A stretch of 59,648 bases of DNA, counting the filler, from Streblomastix strix (Eukaryota): assembly GCA_008636045.1 (NCBI GenBank). It is 3 parts of 3 records of this genome, joined end to end, with 100 filler letters (N's around TTAATTAATTAA, not from the genome) between each part and the next. Parts side by side here need not be neighbours in the genome. Positions count along the whole stretch, not along the records: positions 1 to 19,825 come from SNRW01000482.1; positions 19,926 to 39,738 come from SNRW01000483.1; 1 more part is not named here. One strand, written 5' to 3'. Positions 13,284-26,330 of this stretch are shown here, one piece after another; positions within the stretch are counted from its first letter, which is position 1; each line of letters begins with the position of its first letter. The position numbers and the translations under genes were made by a program. Under the pieces are notes generated by a model. It did no database searches. It saw nothing but the letters and a program-made list of their open reading frames with translations, and had not been told where the DNA came from.

Positions 13284-13493
13284 ATGGTATTCTTCTCTGG
13301 AATTGCGAATTTTGGTTCGAAAATTTTAAGCGGTGTTAAGAAAGCAGCGCAATGGGTAGCACCAGCATTACATAAAGTTTTATCAACAATATCTGGCCCA
13401 GTTGGAATGATTCATCCTGCTATTGGTGGCGCATTAGGTGCAGGAGCTAATCTTGCTGGTGCTGTTGATCGACTAGCAAATAAGCGTAATTGA
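13284..13493 (+). CDS. Small amphipathic-helix protein, adenovirus pVI-like membrane-lytic candidate
   Basis: MVFFSGIANFGSKILSGVKKAAQWVAPALHKVLSTISGPVG...; intact, divergent from the MCP gene, homologue at 36963(-). Confidence 0.75.
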   Translation: MVFFSGIANFGSKILSGVKKAAQWVAPALHKVLSTISGPVGMIHPAIGGALGAGANLAGAVDRLANKRN

Positions 13494-13513
13494 TGTAATT
13501 TATTTTTGAAGAA

Positions 13514-15831
13514 ATGAACAGTTCATTATTGTAACAATAAATCCGAACAGTTAGATAGTTAATCACTAACGATATTGCTTACTATATTTAATATTCGAAA
13601 CGTGGTGGATCAAGTGGTGGAATGATGTCGAATGATGAATACCAATTATTCAAAAATAATAACAATGCATTAGTCTACGCTGCTAACAATTAAATCATTG
13701 ATGGAATTGCATCAGATTACGCATTAAAAATAGATACTCTGGGATTACTAATGATAAAGAATTTGAAAGTGACTAATTTTGATTTTGTCGCATAGATTAA
13801 TTAGTTGATTAATTAAGTGAATTTATTATAACAATCAATTGGAACAACAGAATAGGATATCACTGATATAAAAAATGATATTTATACAATTAATTAAGAA
13901 TTGTCACGATAAGCACGTTTCAGAGGATATTATTTATTGAATACAGATATATAAAATTTACCTAATTCCGCTAATGGATATTTTTCATTTAGTGCGGAAA
14001 GTGGAACAGTATGGATGTATGATGCAGATTGTTATAATAGTGGAGATATTGTACCTGATTAAATTACACCAGCAAGTGATGCAACTCCTCTATCTGATGG
14101 TACAGCAACTGCAGGAATTAGCACCGAATATTCACGTGGGGATCACATTCATCCCTAAAATGTAACAATTACTATTCCACCTAGTGATTCTGCTAGTGGA
14201 TCAGTTGGTTCAACTAATTATTATGCCAGAAACGATCATTCTCATCCTATCAATATAACAACTACCATATCACCTCAAGATAGTGTTAGTGGATCAATTG
14301 GAATAACTAATTATTATGCTAGAAACGATCATTCCTATCCAATTAATGCAGAAACTAATGCTTCAAATATTCCTATCGTTAATGGTGTTGGTGCTAATGG
14401 AACATCAGCTTTTACGCTAGACATGATCATGTTCATCCATAGCAATTGACATATGATGGTAATGTTACGGAAACTAAGTTCATTAAGACAGGTGAAACTG
14501 CTTCAGAAGTGCTATGTGCCAATGGTGACACAACTACAATAGATAGTAAGTTATTTCGTACATATACAAGTAGTGGATGGATTAGATTATGTGTATTTCC
14601 TGCTTGTGATGGTATTGGTAATCCATTCATTGAATTTAAAATATATACATCTTATAATGCTGTTCAAATCATTAGACTATAGCCTTATTATACCGTCAAT
14701 GGAATCAATACTGTATATAGAGTATTTATGGCTCCAACTAGAGTTACTTCATAATATGTGATTGAAAATGGAGCACGTTCACCATTTCATAATCATTCTG
14801 GCTCTGGCACATCAGCTGTATATTAAGCAAATATTCAATTAGAATCGGTTGGTTCTATTACGATAGTTGTATCTGATAAATGTACTTATTTTACCAATAG
14901 AATCACGGAGATATTAACGTAAGATGTGGTTACAGGAGTATCAAGTGGAACAGTAATACCTATCAATTATAACTACGGATATGGTGGGTTTATGTAAAAT
15001 ACTTTATAAGTTAATCCAACAGATCGAACAAAATCCAGCTATAATAATGGTATTAGAATCGGAAATTTTAGTAATGAATCAACAACATATTTAGCCTGTA
15101 GTAATACAACAATTAATACTGTACAAGCAGGTCAATGGGAAATAAGTAAAATAAGTGATAATGCACTTACTATAAACCCATCATCTCTACGAAAAGCTGA
15201 TCATAGTGTTGGTTTAAGTATTAACGGTGATAGTTCAATAATAAAATTTAATGGTAATGAGTTAGTGAATGTCGGAACTGATTAAATAATTAATGGAAGA
15301 AAGACATTCAAAAATGACTAGTTTGAGGTATAACTAACAGATTCAAATTATCCATTATTAGTATTTAATAATAATAACCATTATTTGGAGTAAATGGTAA
15401 ATGGTAATGAATTGATATTGACTATTGATACTAGTTTACAAGTTGGTACTCCATTATATATTAATTGGCGGGGGAATACTTTAAGTACATAATACCCTGA
15501 TTCTAAATTAGTCACTAATTATGTTTTAAATGCAGGTTTATCTACTTCGTTTGCTGGTGTTACTTGTGGTGCAGTTTAAATTAATCCAAATTGAAACAAT
15601 TTTAATGAAGGATTAAGAATATCACGTTCTACCGTTAGTAATTATAGTGGAATTTATCTAGGGTGTAATCCAAGTTAAACTAGTGGAGCATTAATAGATT
15701 AGTGGAGTATAATAAATGCACCTACTGACGAATTAAGAATTGGAGTTGGAGATTAACTTCTTAATGATAATTTAGGTTTAATAATATCCGCTGATGGAAA
15801 TACATTATCATTCAATAAACGAACATTATGA
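13514..15831 (+). pseudogene. Long fibre protein 2 with phage-tail-fibre-like HxH repeats
   Basis: Coiled-coil N-terminus; repeats YSRGDHIHP, YARNDHSHP, YARNDHSYP, RHDHVHP; KFIKTGETASEVLCANGD; TDQIINGRKTF; ends GLIISADGNTLSFNKRTL; frameshift near 14412 and internal TGA near 15592. Confidence 0.7.
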
Positions 15832-15851
15832 TCATAATTATTTTTACAAAA

Positions 15852-16340
15852 ATGGAAAAAGTTGTAACATAACCTATCAAACAAATGTTCAATGAATTAG
15901 CTAAATAGCACTTTAATGATAACGATACAATTAAAGTTACAATTGAAGCATTACAAAATTTGTTAAAGAATGATGTAAAAGAATCAATCCATCCATTACT
16001 CTAAGAATTTATGAGAATCAATAAAATGTTCTATAATCATTAACAATAATTATAAAATATAAAGAAGATGGTTGATGAAGAAGATTATAAAAATAAGTTA
16101 TTTAATGAATAGTGTAAGTACTTCAAAAATAAATACCTATTAATCAAAAAGTCATTAGATATAAACAACTAACCATAACAAATAAAGAAGTACATTATCT
16201 CTGAAGTTATTGAAGAAGAAAAATAGATTTATAATTAATTTGTGAATGATGAGTAATACAGTAACATTGTCAATTACTATCAACTTAATTTAAAATAATA
16301 AGATTGTTGATGTATTAGATATATTAGATTATCTCTTCAA
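15852..16340 (+). pseudogene. Hypothetical viral protein, decayed
   Basis: MEKVVTQPIKQMFNELAKQHFND... with a frameshift. Confidence 0.4.
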
Positions 16341-16399
16341 TTTAATCTTGGATTGGTTCAATGAAAGTATAATGTTTTTTAAATTATTCATACAATTAT

Positions 16400-16898
16400 T
16401 TTTCCTATTAATCTAAGTCATTTGACTCGATTAGCGCTTCAAATATTTTGAATATCTCATAATCTGTGGCACAACACTTTAAACCAATATTTGTAGCTAA
16501 CTGATACAATTATTCCATTTCATTTAATTCAAACAATTTATTTTTAAGGTTAATTAAAAATTTTAAGATACAAGATATATCACCAATGAGTTGCCAATTC
16601 CAAATCTTTATTGGCTATTGCTTCATTCAAAAATGTTTCGATTTATTCTACAGATATCTATGACCAATGTATTCGAGGCTAGTTCTTATCCATTTTTCTT
16701 TTGTAAAAGAATTGTATAATGTAAATCGTTATATTTAATGGAACCAATACAACATCGAAATAACTCCATAATACTTTTACTACATTAACGGTGTCCATCA
16801 ATTTATCAGGAATTGACACAGATATAATAGATGTTACAAAATTAACGCCATAAAACATGTATTTCCATTATTCCACGTTTCAGAGCTAAAATGTTCAT
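16400..16898 (-). pseudogene. Small hydrophobic ORF plus small helical ORF (homologues at 36129-36560)
   Basis: SVEQIETFLNEAIANKDLELATHW*YILYL matches TDDQLEELIKEAILNNDIKLAMENRYQIYL in copy 2. Confidence 0.5.
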
Positions 16899-16912
16899 TT
16901 ATTATTTTTAAA

Positions 16913-17927
16913 ATGACACTGCAAGAATTATAAGATATAACATTTACGAACTAGGATCCATTGAATGAATATAAAACTACGCCAATAACGAAGAATTCGT
17001 TGTTTCTTATTAATGAAAATCATTATATTGTAGGAGCTGTTGGAAGTGGTAAAACAACATTAATGTGTAAGCTAATTGTGATAAATAAAAAAAATCATTA
17101 ATCCATACATATTATACTTCTCGAATTATGGTGCAGATGAAACTATGGCATTAAATCTTAATAGTAAGAACATTTAACTAACTAATGTAACTTATGGAGA
17201 AGCAATGATATTTCTACCTGAATTTGATGAGATAAAATACCGTTCTAAAGAGATGTATACATGGTACAAAATGAATGAACAAAAATAATCTTATACAAGT
17301 GATTTCATTAAGCGAATGGAAGAATAGATATTATAGATTAATGAGATAAAAAAGAATGAAAAACCTAATGATTATCTTAATTGAATTGCTGAACTATTCA
17401 AATAAAAACTAATCGAGACCATTAATACATATAGTTAACCAACCAAGATATTGAGATTTGATATTCCAGCACTAATTCAAAACGTCAGTTATTAAAATAA
17501 ATTCAAAATAGTTGATGAGGATTAAGTTGACATAAAAATAATTAAAATACCTATTTTAAAAAAAGCTTAATTACTCCATACACTAATGCTCTTCGATAAT
17601 AAAGGATCTAATGCAGACATTTAACGATTCAATTCATAACTCTTTAAACAATAACACTTCTCGTTAGTGATTCTCGTCATTCAAAAATTCTATTTTCTTT
17701 ATTGTTTACCGTCCATTTTATTTGTTTATGATAGCAGGGATATTAACCTATGTAATTTGCTTAGGCGATAATATTGGTGAAACAGATCTAAGATAAGTGT
17801 ACGATGAAAATACCATATAAAATTTAGATTTTTATGAGTTCCAATTATTATACAACACATTAAAGAAATATGAGTTCATCATACTCAATAAATGGATGGG
17901 AAAATTAGAGATTCTCAAAAATAAATG
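16913..17927 (+). pseudogene. A32/FtsK-HerA-type genome packaging ATPase
   Basis: Walker A YIVGAVGSGKTTLM (~17024-17065), Walker B-like TLMLFDN, SRH motif; frameshifts. Confidence 0.85.
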
Positions 17928-17932
17928 AACAT

Positions 17933-19825
17933 TCACACAAATGAATAGTCCTTGGCAGTTAATCAATACATATATGGGCAACAACTCTAATTGGAAAGTA
18001 CGATTGCTTTAGTATATATACCAGTGATTCTATTTTTTTCGATAGAAAACTGACTCATCTAATGATTCTTCTATCCTAATCTCATATTAGTGCATTTCGT
18101 TATCTTTCCTTCATTAATGCAATCGACTATATAATCTTTAGTGATTTTGTTAGTCTTCTAATTAACTCCTTTCAATTTTATTTTTGAATCATCGCAATAA
18201 TTTTTGAATATGATATAATTTTTAGGAGCTAATGCTATCATTGATGGTCCTTATCGTTCGATTGCTAATGCAAGGATTTTCTTCTCATAATAAACGTCTG
18301 ATTTAATTGTAGGGAAGAAGTATTTATCATTATCGTTATAAAAATCTCTATCATTAATGACAGCATTAAAATACTAAGTAAAATCTTCAATAGGATTACC
18401 ACTAATTGCCTAATAAGCTGAATCAGAATCTCCTTCAATAAAATGTATCCGATTCATATCTAAGCATTTATATATATGAAGTTATATATGAAGTTTAGAT
18501 ACCAATATTTAGCATTATCTAATACAAAGAATGAAACTTATAAAGGAGTTTTACAACTGCAAAGCTCAGGATTCATTTATACAATATAACTGTTTTCAGA
18601 TATCTTTTGTTCATCCATGAAGGCATAAGATCTAATTGCTATTTCTGTTTACTTTCTATTCATTATTTTAACTTTATGATATTTCTCTGTATTCATTCCA
18701 TCACTACCATATGAGCTATTCATAACTATCTTAAGTAATTATTCTTATCCTTTATTCTCATCTAATTTTGCTTCAATTCTGTTCTTAGTAAATTCCTTAA
18801 TAAATGAATTGAATTAATCATGTTTATTGAACAGAACCATATGCTTTACATAATCTATAATAAAATGACAATCATCAATTAAGAACCATAAATAATATGA
18901 GCTAAATGCCATGAATTCTCCCATCGTTGATGATAGATTAGTTAACTTTCTTTATTTTTGGTCAGTCTTAATCGTAATATCTTTCATATGTTTATACAAA
19001 TAACTGTCGATATTTCTTTCATCAGTTGTGAATTCGTAATTCCTTAGAATAGGTGGGAAGTTAATGAAATCGTTAATGTATTTGTCTTAAATATGACTTT
19101 TGACTTCTGCAATAAATAATCTTCCTTCTTATATAAATCTCCTATTGCTATTAATTATTCGTAGTATAGTTTATTTTGAATGGTCAATATTACCCTCAAT
19201 CTTTCCTGTTTATGATACACACATATACATTTTACCACCAATGCATTTAATAAATTTATTTGGCTCTGATGACATAACACTAGTATATAAAGAATTAAAA
19301 TCAACACCAACTACATGAGTTATTCGATAATCAGTTGTTAAAACAGTAACATATTTATTTATTTTGTCATATTAGATTCGTTTTATCAAATCAATTCCTG
19401 ATACATTTACTCTATGCGTTACATTTGATAATCCACCTGTGATGCGTTTCCTAATTAAATGATATACATCAATATCAGTAAGATTAATTGGTAAACATCT
19501 AATCATACAATATTTACGTAATTATACGAATAATTTACCTATATTTATGTCTTTGTTTGAACAAAAGCAATTACAATATAAATAACGTGGTCGAACGTTA
19601 TCTTTTGAATGACCCTTTGAATTGTCGATTCTATCAAATGTCGGTTTATTAGCAAAAGTGAGTTTACATTCGCAAATGTTGCAATTAAAATCTGTGAATA
19701 ATTATTTGAAATATTCCAAATCACTATCTTTTACATTTTTTGTTTTTTCTCTTCTTTATTGTTTATCTTAGGCTTAATATCGCCTCACTTTACTCTACCA
19801 ATATTTCTCTGTTAAATAAAATTTC
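17933..19825 (-). CDS. polB: Protein-primed family B DNA polymerase (C-terminal part; 5' end beyond contig; premature stop near end)
   Basis: ITGGLSNV; motif A VGVDFNSLYTS; motif B KIVMNSSYG; motif C FIEGDSDS; IALAPKNY; KLKGV. Confidence 0.92.
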
Positions 19826-19925
19826 NNNNNNNNNNNNNNNNNNNNNNNNNNNNNNNNNNNNNNNNNNNNTTAATTAATTAANNNNNNNNNNNNNNNNNNN
19901 NNNNNNNNNNNNNNNNNNNNNNNNN
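19826..19925. other. Artificial contig linker
   Basis: N-run, TTAATTAATTAA, N-run; 100 bp. Confidence 0.98.
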
Positions 19926-19926
19926 T

Positions 19927-20348
19927 AGTTTTCCGTCAAGCACAGCCTTGCATACACGTGTCATCAACGTCCGAAAATTGTTGGTAGCTTAATTTTTCAC
20001 ACCTGTTTGCATTGTTAAATTAGAGCTTTTTTTTTCCTCTAATAATGAAAATTTAAGATAATATAAAGTCATAAAATGTATTTAGAATTAATTATATTCA
20101 CAAAAATTCATAAGGATGTGTTATAAATTTCTGTTGGAGCAGAAAACTATAAAAAGTTTATAAATGCATTTTTCATGTGCTACGGAAAGTTTTTTACTAT
20201 AGGCTTTTTGTATAATTACAAAATAAGTTTTAATTGGTATTTGAAAATGAATTTATGTGTAAATCTAATTTCGTCGAACTAGTCAGGTCGCTATGGTACT
20301 TATGAAAAATAAAACCAACTTATTTTGTTGTTTCACATAAATAATTAG
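19927..20348 (+). repeat. Left terminal inverted repeat (~420 bp)
   Basis: AGTTTTCCGTCAAGCACAGCCTTGCATACACGTGTC... is the reverse complement of 39314-39737 with scattered mismatches. Confidence 0.92.
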
Positions 20349-20969
20349 TTATTTTATTATGATTAAAATGAAAAGTCCAACTATTCCAGAAGTAAAACCA
20401 TAATTCGAAAAGGAAATTGAAGTGTTTGCAGCTGTAGTTTCAGTTGCATCTTAAAATAATCCATTTAAATAACCATTTCAGGTGTAGGTTATTAGATGTG
20501 AAACGCCAACATTGTCAGCAAGGCGCGGAAGTTCAATACTAATTATTTTATTTCTTATTCAATAAGCTATTTCATACTTAATTCCTATTTCAACCATAAA
20601 TTTACTTAAAATTGACCTAAATCATCATTTTCTTGAATGTATTACTGATTACGCCGTGATTCAAATTATTAGTATTGTTTTACAGAACAATTTTAGCTTC
20701 GAGTTTCGAGCCTCAAGATTATTCCATTTTTACCAGATTTTTATTTTTTTTATTATTTTCTAATTTTTGTTTTATCGTATTTATACCTCTAGCCACATTT
20801 TTAATTTACATTTCTACTAATTTTCACTAATTTTATAATTTCGTTTTTCATTTTTAATAATTATTTTCGATACCATTTGCAGTATTATTTTATCGATTAG
20901 TTTTCACATTATTTATCATAAAATTACTTGATTTTATTACTTATCATCATCTTCATTATAATTCTCTTC

Positions 20970-22250
20970 TAAATGAGTATATTAAGATCTTTAAACTACG
21001 GATGTCATATTATAACAAACAAAAGAAAGGTTCAAGAGGAAGATAGGCAAATAAATTGATATGTTAAGAAGGATGTTTGGGAACACTTTTACAAGATACA
21101 ATAATCATAACAAAGCAAGAAAGACATAAAACAGGAGAAGCTTCAGTTTCAATCCAAGAGGAAGGATTAATCGCGAGTTTAAGTCAAATAGCTTCAAATC
21201 CAATATTTAATTGAATCGTACTGATGAAAAAAATAAAAAGCATTTTCTTCTAGGCGTGTTACTCGAAGTTCGGCTAGAGGTGACAGAGAACAGGACCTAT
21301 TCAAGTAGATTACTTCAAAGAAATAGTTCACTGATGATGCAACATAGTAAGTTATTGATGGAAGGCAAAGCACCTGGAGCCTGCACCGACGGGTAATCGG
21401 AGAATTAGAAGAATTTTAAACTTATTCAGGAAAATAATGGGAAGATTGAAATTCTATAAAAGTTCCAATAACTGTAAAATCAAACTTCATTATATAATTG
21501 ATCTCAGTTCATGCTAAAAATGCAAATTCCAATGCTTATTGAACCGCAGTTGGGATGATCTTCAGATTATAAGATTTTAAAGAAGATAGATTAAATGGAT
21601 TTATAATATAGTAGATTATGATAAAACCTCTTGCAATTGCTAGGAAGAAAAGAAAGGAAGAAACAATATATAAGTTAGATATCCTTCAAAAGTATATATA
21701 AGAAAAAGCTGATGGTTTGCAAAACATGAGTGAATAAGAATACTTATGACGCACAATATCTGCAATTCTTGCGTTCTCTACTCTACGATTGGCTGATATT
21801 CATCGTGCTTCAGTAATCATGAAGGATGATAATGTTTGTTAATTAAATGCATCAAAATGGAAAGGTGATAATTATGAACAAAATGTAACATTTAGTCCTC
21901 AATATTATTCCAAAGTTTACCCTACAGCATGGTTTTGCAATTGGATCGTTTTAAAAAGAGAGGAAAATTTTGGTAAATCACTTTGGTGGCGACCAAGTAA
22001 TAAGAAAATTTTTTCATATAAATATCCACCTAATGCAGTGTATATAGTCAAGTTACCATCTGGAGTAAGGAAAGAGAATTTAATAACTTCCATCCGCATA
22101 TCACCAATCACTAAGAACATTGATTTAGGAGCCACAATATATATATTATAAAAGAGTACTTGATATAAAGATGGAACTAGTACCGTCGCCGTTCTTTATA
22201 GCATGAATTTAAATGTTACAATAACATAGTGATTGACATTTTTTAAATGA
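20970..22250 (+). pseudogene. Second DIRS-like element remnant (tyrosine recombinase)
   Basis: ILAFSTLRLADIHRA...KWKG...VYPTAWF...LWWRP...ITSIRISPITK...TVAVLYSMNL. Confidence 0.75.
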
Positions 22251-22877
22251 TGATCAATTATCACAATAAACAGATAGTTAAGATTAAGTGAATGTTAGAT
22301 AATCTCATAACAATATGGAGACGTTATCGTAGCTATCCACGTATCTGGAATCCTACCTTTTTCCCTTTTAATGAACTTAATCCTCTTTCAATATCTATCT
22401 ATTTACAAAGAGTCTAGTTTACCTCATCCTTATGAGTGTTTTCATTTGAAGTACTAATATTTGATTTATTCATTCTATTTATTTTATATCTGACTAAGGG
22501 CGCATCACACTTTTATTTTGTCATATTTTATTTTCTATTATTTTTTTCTCTTACATCAGCTTATTTAACTCATCAATGGTGGCTCAACAAATTTTAAATT
22601 TCATATATTAACTTTTTATATTGAATATTATCCTTTAACTAGTCTATGCTTAAACGCTTTGACTTGAAAAATTATTTATAGCAATTTTTAGTTTTTACGT
22701 TTAAAGCAATTTTTAAATTGATTTTATTTATTTAATATTATGTTAATCATTTCGTGAATATTTTGGGTTTCGTTGACTGGACCCATTGCCATTGGTTACT
22801 TGCTCTCACAATAAAAAGGTAGTATTCCAGATACGTTGATAGCTACGAATCTTTTATTACAAATAATATTAAAATTA

Positions 22878-23010
22878 AATAATAAAAACTCTCTTAGGAA
22901 AGACAAATTAAATAATAAAAACTCTCTTAGGAAAGACAAATAAAATTATAAAAACTCTCTTAGGAAATACAAATTAAACAATAAAAACTCTCTTAGGAAA
23001 GACAAATTAA
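22878..23010 (+). repeat. Tandem repeat, 4 x 33 bp
   Basis: Unit AATAATAAAAACTCTCTTAGGAAAGACAAATTA, head-to-tail, no spacers. Confidence 0.9.
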
Positions 23011-23213
23011 GTAATATATGCCTCTTATAATATAATTTAAATGAAAATTTGATTTAAATTAACATGAAGAGAAGAGAAAATAAAAGAAAAAGTAAAAATG
23101 GATAAAAATGATAAAGAAAAATTTAATAATTAGTGAAAAAACTTAAAAATTAATAAAATAATAATAATAGAAAATGAAAGATTATATGGATCAAGCTCTT
23201 TTTACTCTAGTTT

Positions 23214-24730
23214 TCATTTCATTCTTGTGTTACTTTTTGTATTTTTTGATTATTCGTTTGAATGATCTATTATTTCATTTTATTTTCAAAGAGGGTTTAT
23301 TAATTTCAATAAATTTATCTATCAGCAAATATTAGCGTTTCCTCTTCTCTTGCTGTTTCAATTAGAAAATTATTATTTGCAAAATAATTCTCTAAAAAAT
23401 GAAATTAAGAAAATTCTTCATTATAAAATTACAATAATTAATCCTATTCCTAATCATGATGTATTAATTCATTTTTATCTGGAGATTATTCTTCAATTTA
23501 ATCATTTGGTTAATGTTAATGATATCCTCTATTGTTTTAATTTAATCTTCTCCTATTTCGATTTTATATTCTAGCATTATATACGAAATAACTTCTCTCA
23601 TCATCAACATTAATATTATAGTTTTGATTTTTATTATTATTATTCAAATAATTATAGTTTGTATTGTTTATTCGATTACTTATCCTCTGAGAAACAATAT
23701 TTTCATCATCATCATCATCATCATCATCAACACAAAACACAGCACAGCAACTGCACATCCTTTTAAGACAGTTCACAATCATCCATATAAACGATACTAA
23801 GTAGAACAAGGCAACTGGAATGAACGGCATCAGAATAATTTAAATTGGTGTTAGGTTAGTCTCTTAAGGTTTTGTAAGTGTTACTATTGAAACATTTCTG
23901 AAGTCGTAAAAACATTGGAAAAGTTCATGAGTTAATTAAGATGAACTACAACTGTTTATTAGCGGTGATTAATTTGAGGAATTTTCATTAATAGAAGTTT
24001 TTTATTATAATTAAGAAGGTAATTATGAAAATGTGCTTTAAGAAGATTAGTTTAATTAATCTCTTGTAGGCCAATTTGTGTATTTTCGAGAATAAGGTGT
24101 GCAATGCCCTTTACTAAATATTTTTTAAAAATTAAATGAAAAAATAACAAAAAATAATAAAAATAATTTGTAATTTGTTAATTATACCTAAGTTCAATTA
24201 TTTCAGCATAATACTTCTGCATTTAATTTTATTGCTGTGATTCATTTGTGTTCTTAAAAATATGAAAGCAAACATAAACTGAAAATTTATGTACACAAAA
24301 ACCACGAGATGAATCTGGAATTGAAAAATAAGAAATAACTAAAATGAAAAAATAATAATATTAATTTTGAAATACCACTAAATGGAAAAGGAAGTGTGTA
24401 GTTCTAATATTTAACGAGTTGACATTTAGAAGTAATAAAATCAAATCTAAGTAAATAATAGAAAATATTTAAATTGAAAAAAAAATAAATTTATGTACCT
24501 TAAATGCTACTGATAATTCTAAAATGAAATAATACTATTGACATAAAGTTGTAATGTGCATAAAACTGTATTGCAAATGAATAAGTAAATTTATAAATAT
24601 TGCAAATAAAATAAAATAAACCAATAAGGTGCAATGATACAAAGCATAAAGCCTTCTGAACCTTCGTTTGAGCATCTGGGCGTCGACCCAACCAGCATAT
24701 TGAAAGAACTTTATGTATATCTCTAAACAT
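23214..24730 (-). CDS. Intron-containing host-type membrane protein (two hydrophobic segments flanking a Cys-containing loop; acidic/Asn-rich tail)
   Basis: TM1 ALCFVSLHLIG...; exons DSSRGFCVHKFSVYVCFH, SKGHCTPYSR...FQCFYD; TM2 IILMPFIPVALFYLVSFIWMIV followed by CSCC and poly-D; exon structure approximate. Confidence 0.6.
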
Positions 24731-25451
24731 CACAACTTTTCAGGGGAAAAAATAATAAAATAATATATAATGTTAAAAATATTTTGTTTGCAATATCTTT
24801 ATTTAAATTAAAACTATATTTAGTAAGATAAGACCAATAAACGTCATTAAGAAATCAAATTAATAAAAAATGAATTTATTTAGCGTTAACATTTGTAAAT
24901 ATATGCTAATTTATAATTAAAAAATCAACAATTTAATTTTATTCTATAATTGATGTAAAATTCTATATATCGAACAATCATATTTGGTAATTCATGAATT
25001 TAATTTTAAAGATGTTTTTTATATTGATTTTTTAGTTAAAAGCAAAATTTTTGATAAAAAAATTGAGTACTTAATGGACTATGTTGTTTATTTAAGCATA
25101 AAAATAGTTTATATAGGTGGAGTGGTAAAAAAAACATTAAAAACAGAATTTTATAATAAATCAATAAAGTTAATCAATATAAAGATTTATTATTATTTAT
25201 AGGGCATATTTAATATGCGTCATTAGTATAAATATAAATAATGGAATTTTAAGGTATAAAAAGTCTTAAATTGATGAGATAATTGATATCGAACCAAAAT
25301 TTGAATAATGAGATAATTTATTACTCATATATATCCATGCTATTAATTAAATTTGTATTAATTAAAATTATTATACAAACTGAGTTAAAAATAACTATCC
25401 TAATAAGATCATTATGACTTTTATATATATGCTGTTAAATCCGTTTTAATT

Positions 25452-26115
25452 ATGGCTGATGCTTTGAAAAACAACGTTAGAATTATGAATCAATTATATA
25501 TTTCCGCAGATATTTAATTAATGAATCAATAATTGTTTGGGACACAAAGTTATATAGAGAGGTTAACTCCCAATCAAAAAAAAATAGAAATGGGTTTAGA
25601 TTAAGTAGATAAATTAGATTGAACGACATTAATAGAAAACTTTGCGACCAATCATTTAGTTAAATCGTAGCAAAGTAATTTTTATCTAATAATGACAATA
25701 CTAAAAATTAAATATTCCACTTAGATAATGATCTCGAGAATGATTCAGTTGATAAATTGTTATAGGTAGACTAATTTGATTATATTAGATACAACACAAA
25801 CAAGTATTATCAAAAAAAAACTAAAGACGAAATGAAAGATAAAAAATTAACTGATTTATTTATGTGTATGAATAGATTATTAGACAATTATGTTGTAGAT
25901 GAAGCATAAAATGTGTGGTTTAATAATCTTGATAGTAATAAGTATATGTTGCTAAAAATTAATGATAATGGGAAAGAAAACTTCTATATTAACGTTTCAT
26001 ATCAAGATATGATTGAATTTAAAATATATATTGAAATTTTAATGATAGAATTAAAGAATTAAAAATAATATTTTTAATAAATATTAATCCAATCCAAAAA
26101 ATTTATATTCTGATA
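25452..26115 (+). pseudogene. Decayed intronless hypothetical ORF
   Basis: MADALKNNVRIMNQLY... with internal TGA and frameshift. Confidence 0.35.
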
Positions 26116-26330
26116 TAAGGTGAAACATACCATGGGTTAAAATTAGATAGAATTTTTATTGATGAAAAGTCAGTAGTATTTATGCCGCCAACATAATTGG
26201 TACTTAAATTGATGTAAATTAGCTCACTGAACAACCATCCATATTTTTGAAAAATAAAACTGAGGTCTAAAATGACTTTTCTCTAACTCTATAATACATT
26301 TATTTATTTTAATTTTTTTTTAAAGAATAA

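Larger units (their letters stand above)
7720..19825. mobile_element. Endogenous Polinton/Maverick-like virus, copy 1 (partial, cut by contig end)
   Basis: Dense intronless gene array with pPolB, A32-like ATPase, capsid-sized ORF and fibres; left boundary approximate. Confidence 0.85.

Noticed and set aside
18471..18495. 12-bp tandem duplication in PolB
   Set aside because: In frame (NFIYNFIY) and compatible with normal protein sequence; not a disruption
19826..19925. TTAATTAATTAA palindrome within N runs (also 39739-39838)
   Set aside because: Artificial six-frame-stop linker; adjacency across it has no biological meaning, so the two viral copies are not shown to be physically linked
22878..23010. 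Possible CRISPR array
   Set aside because: Repeats are head-to-tail without unique spacers, no cas genes, eukaryotic context
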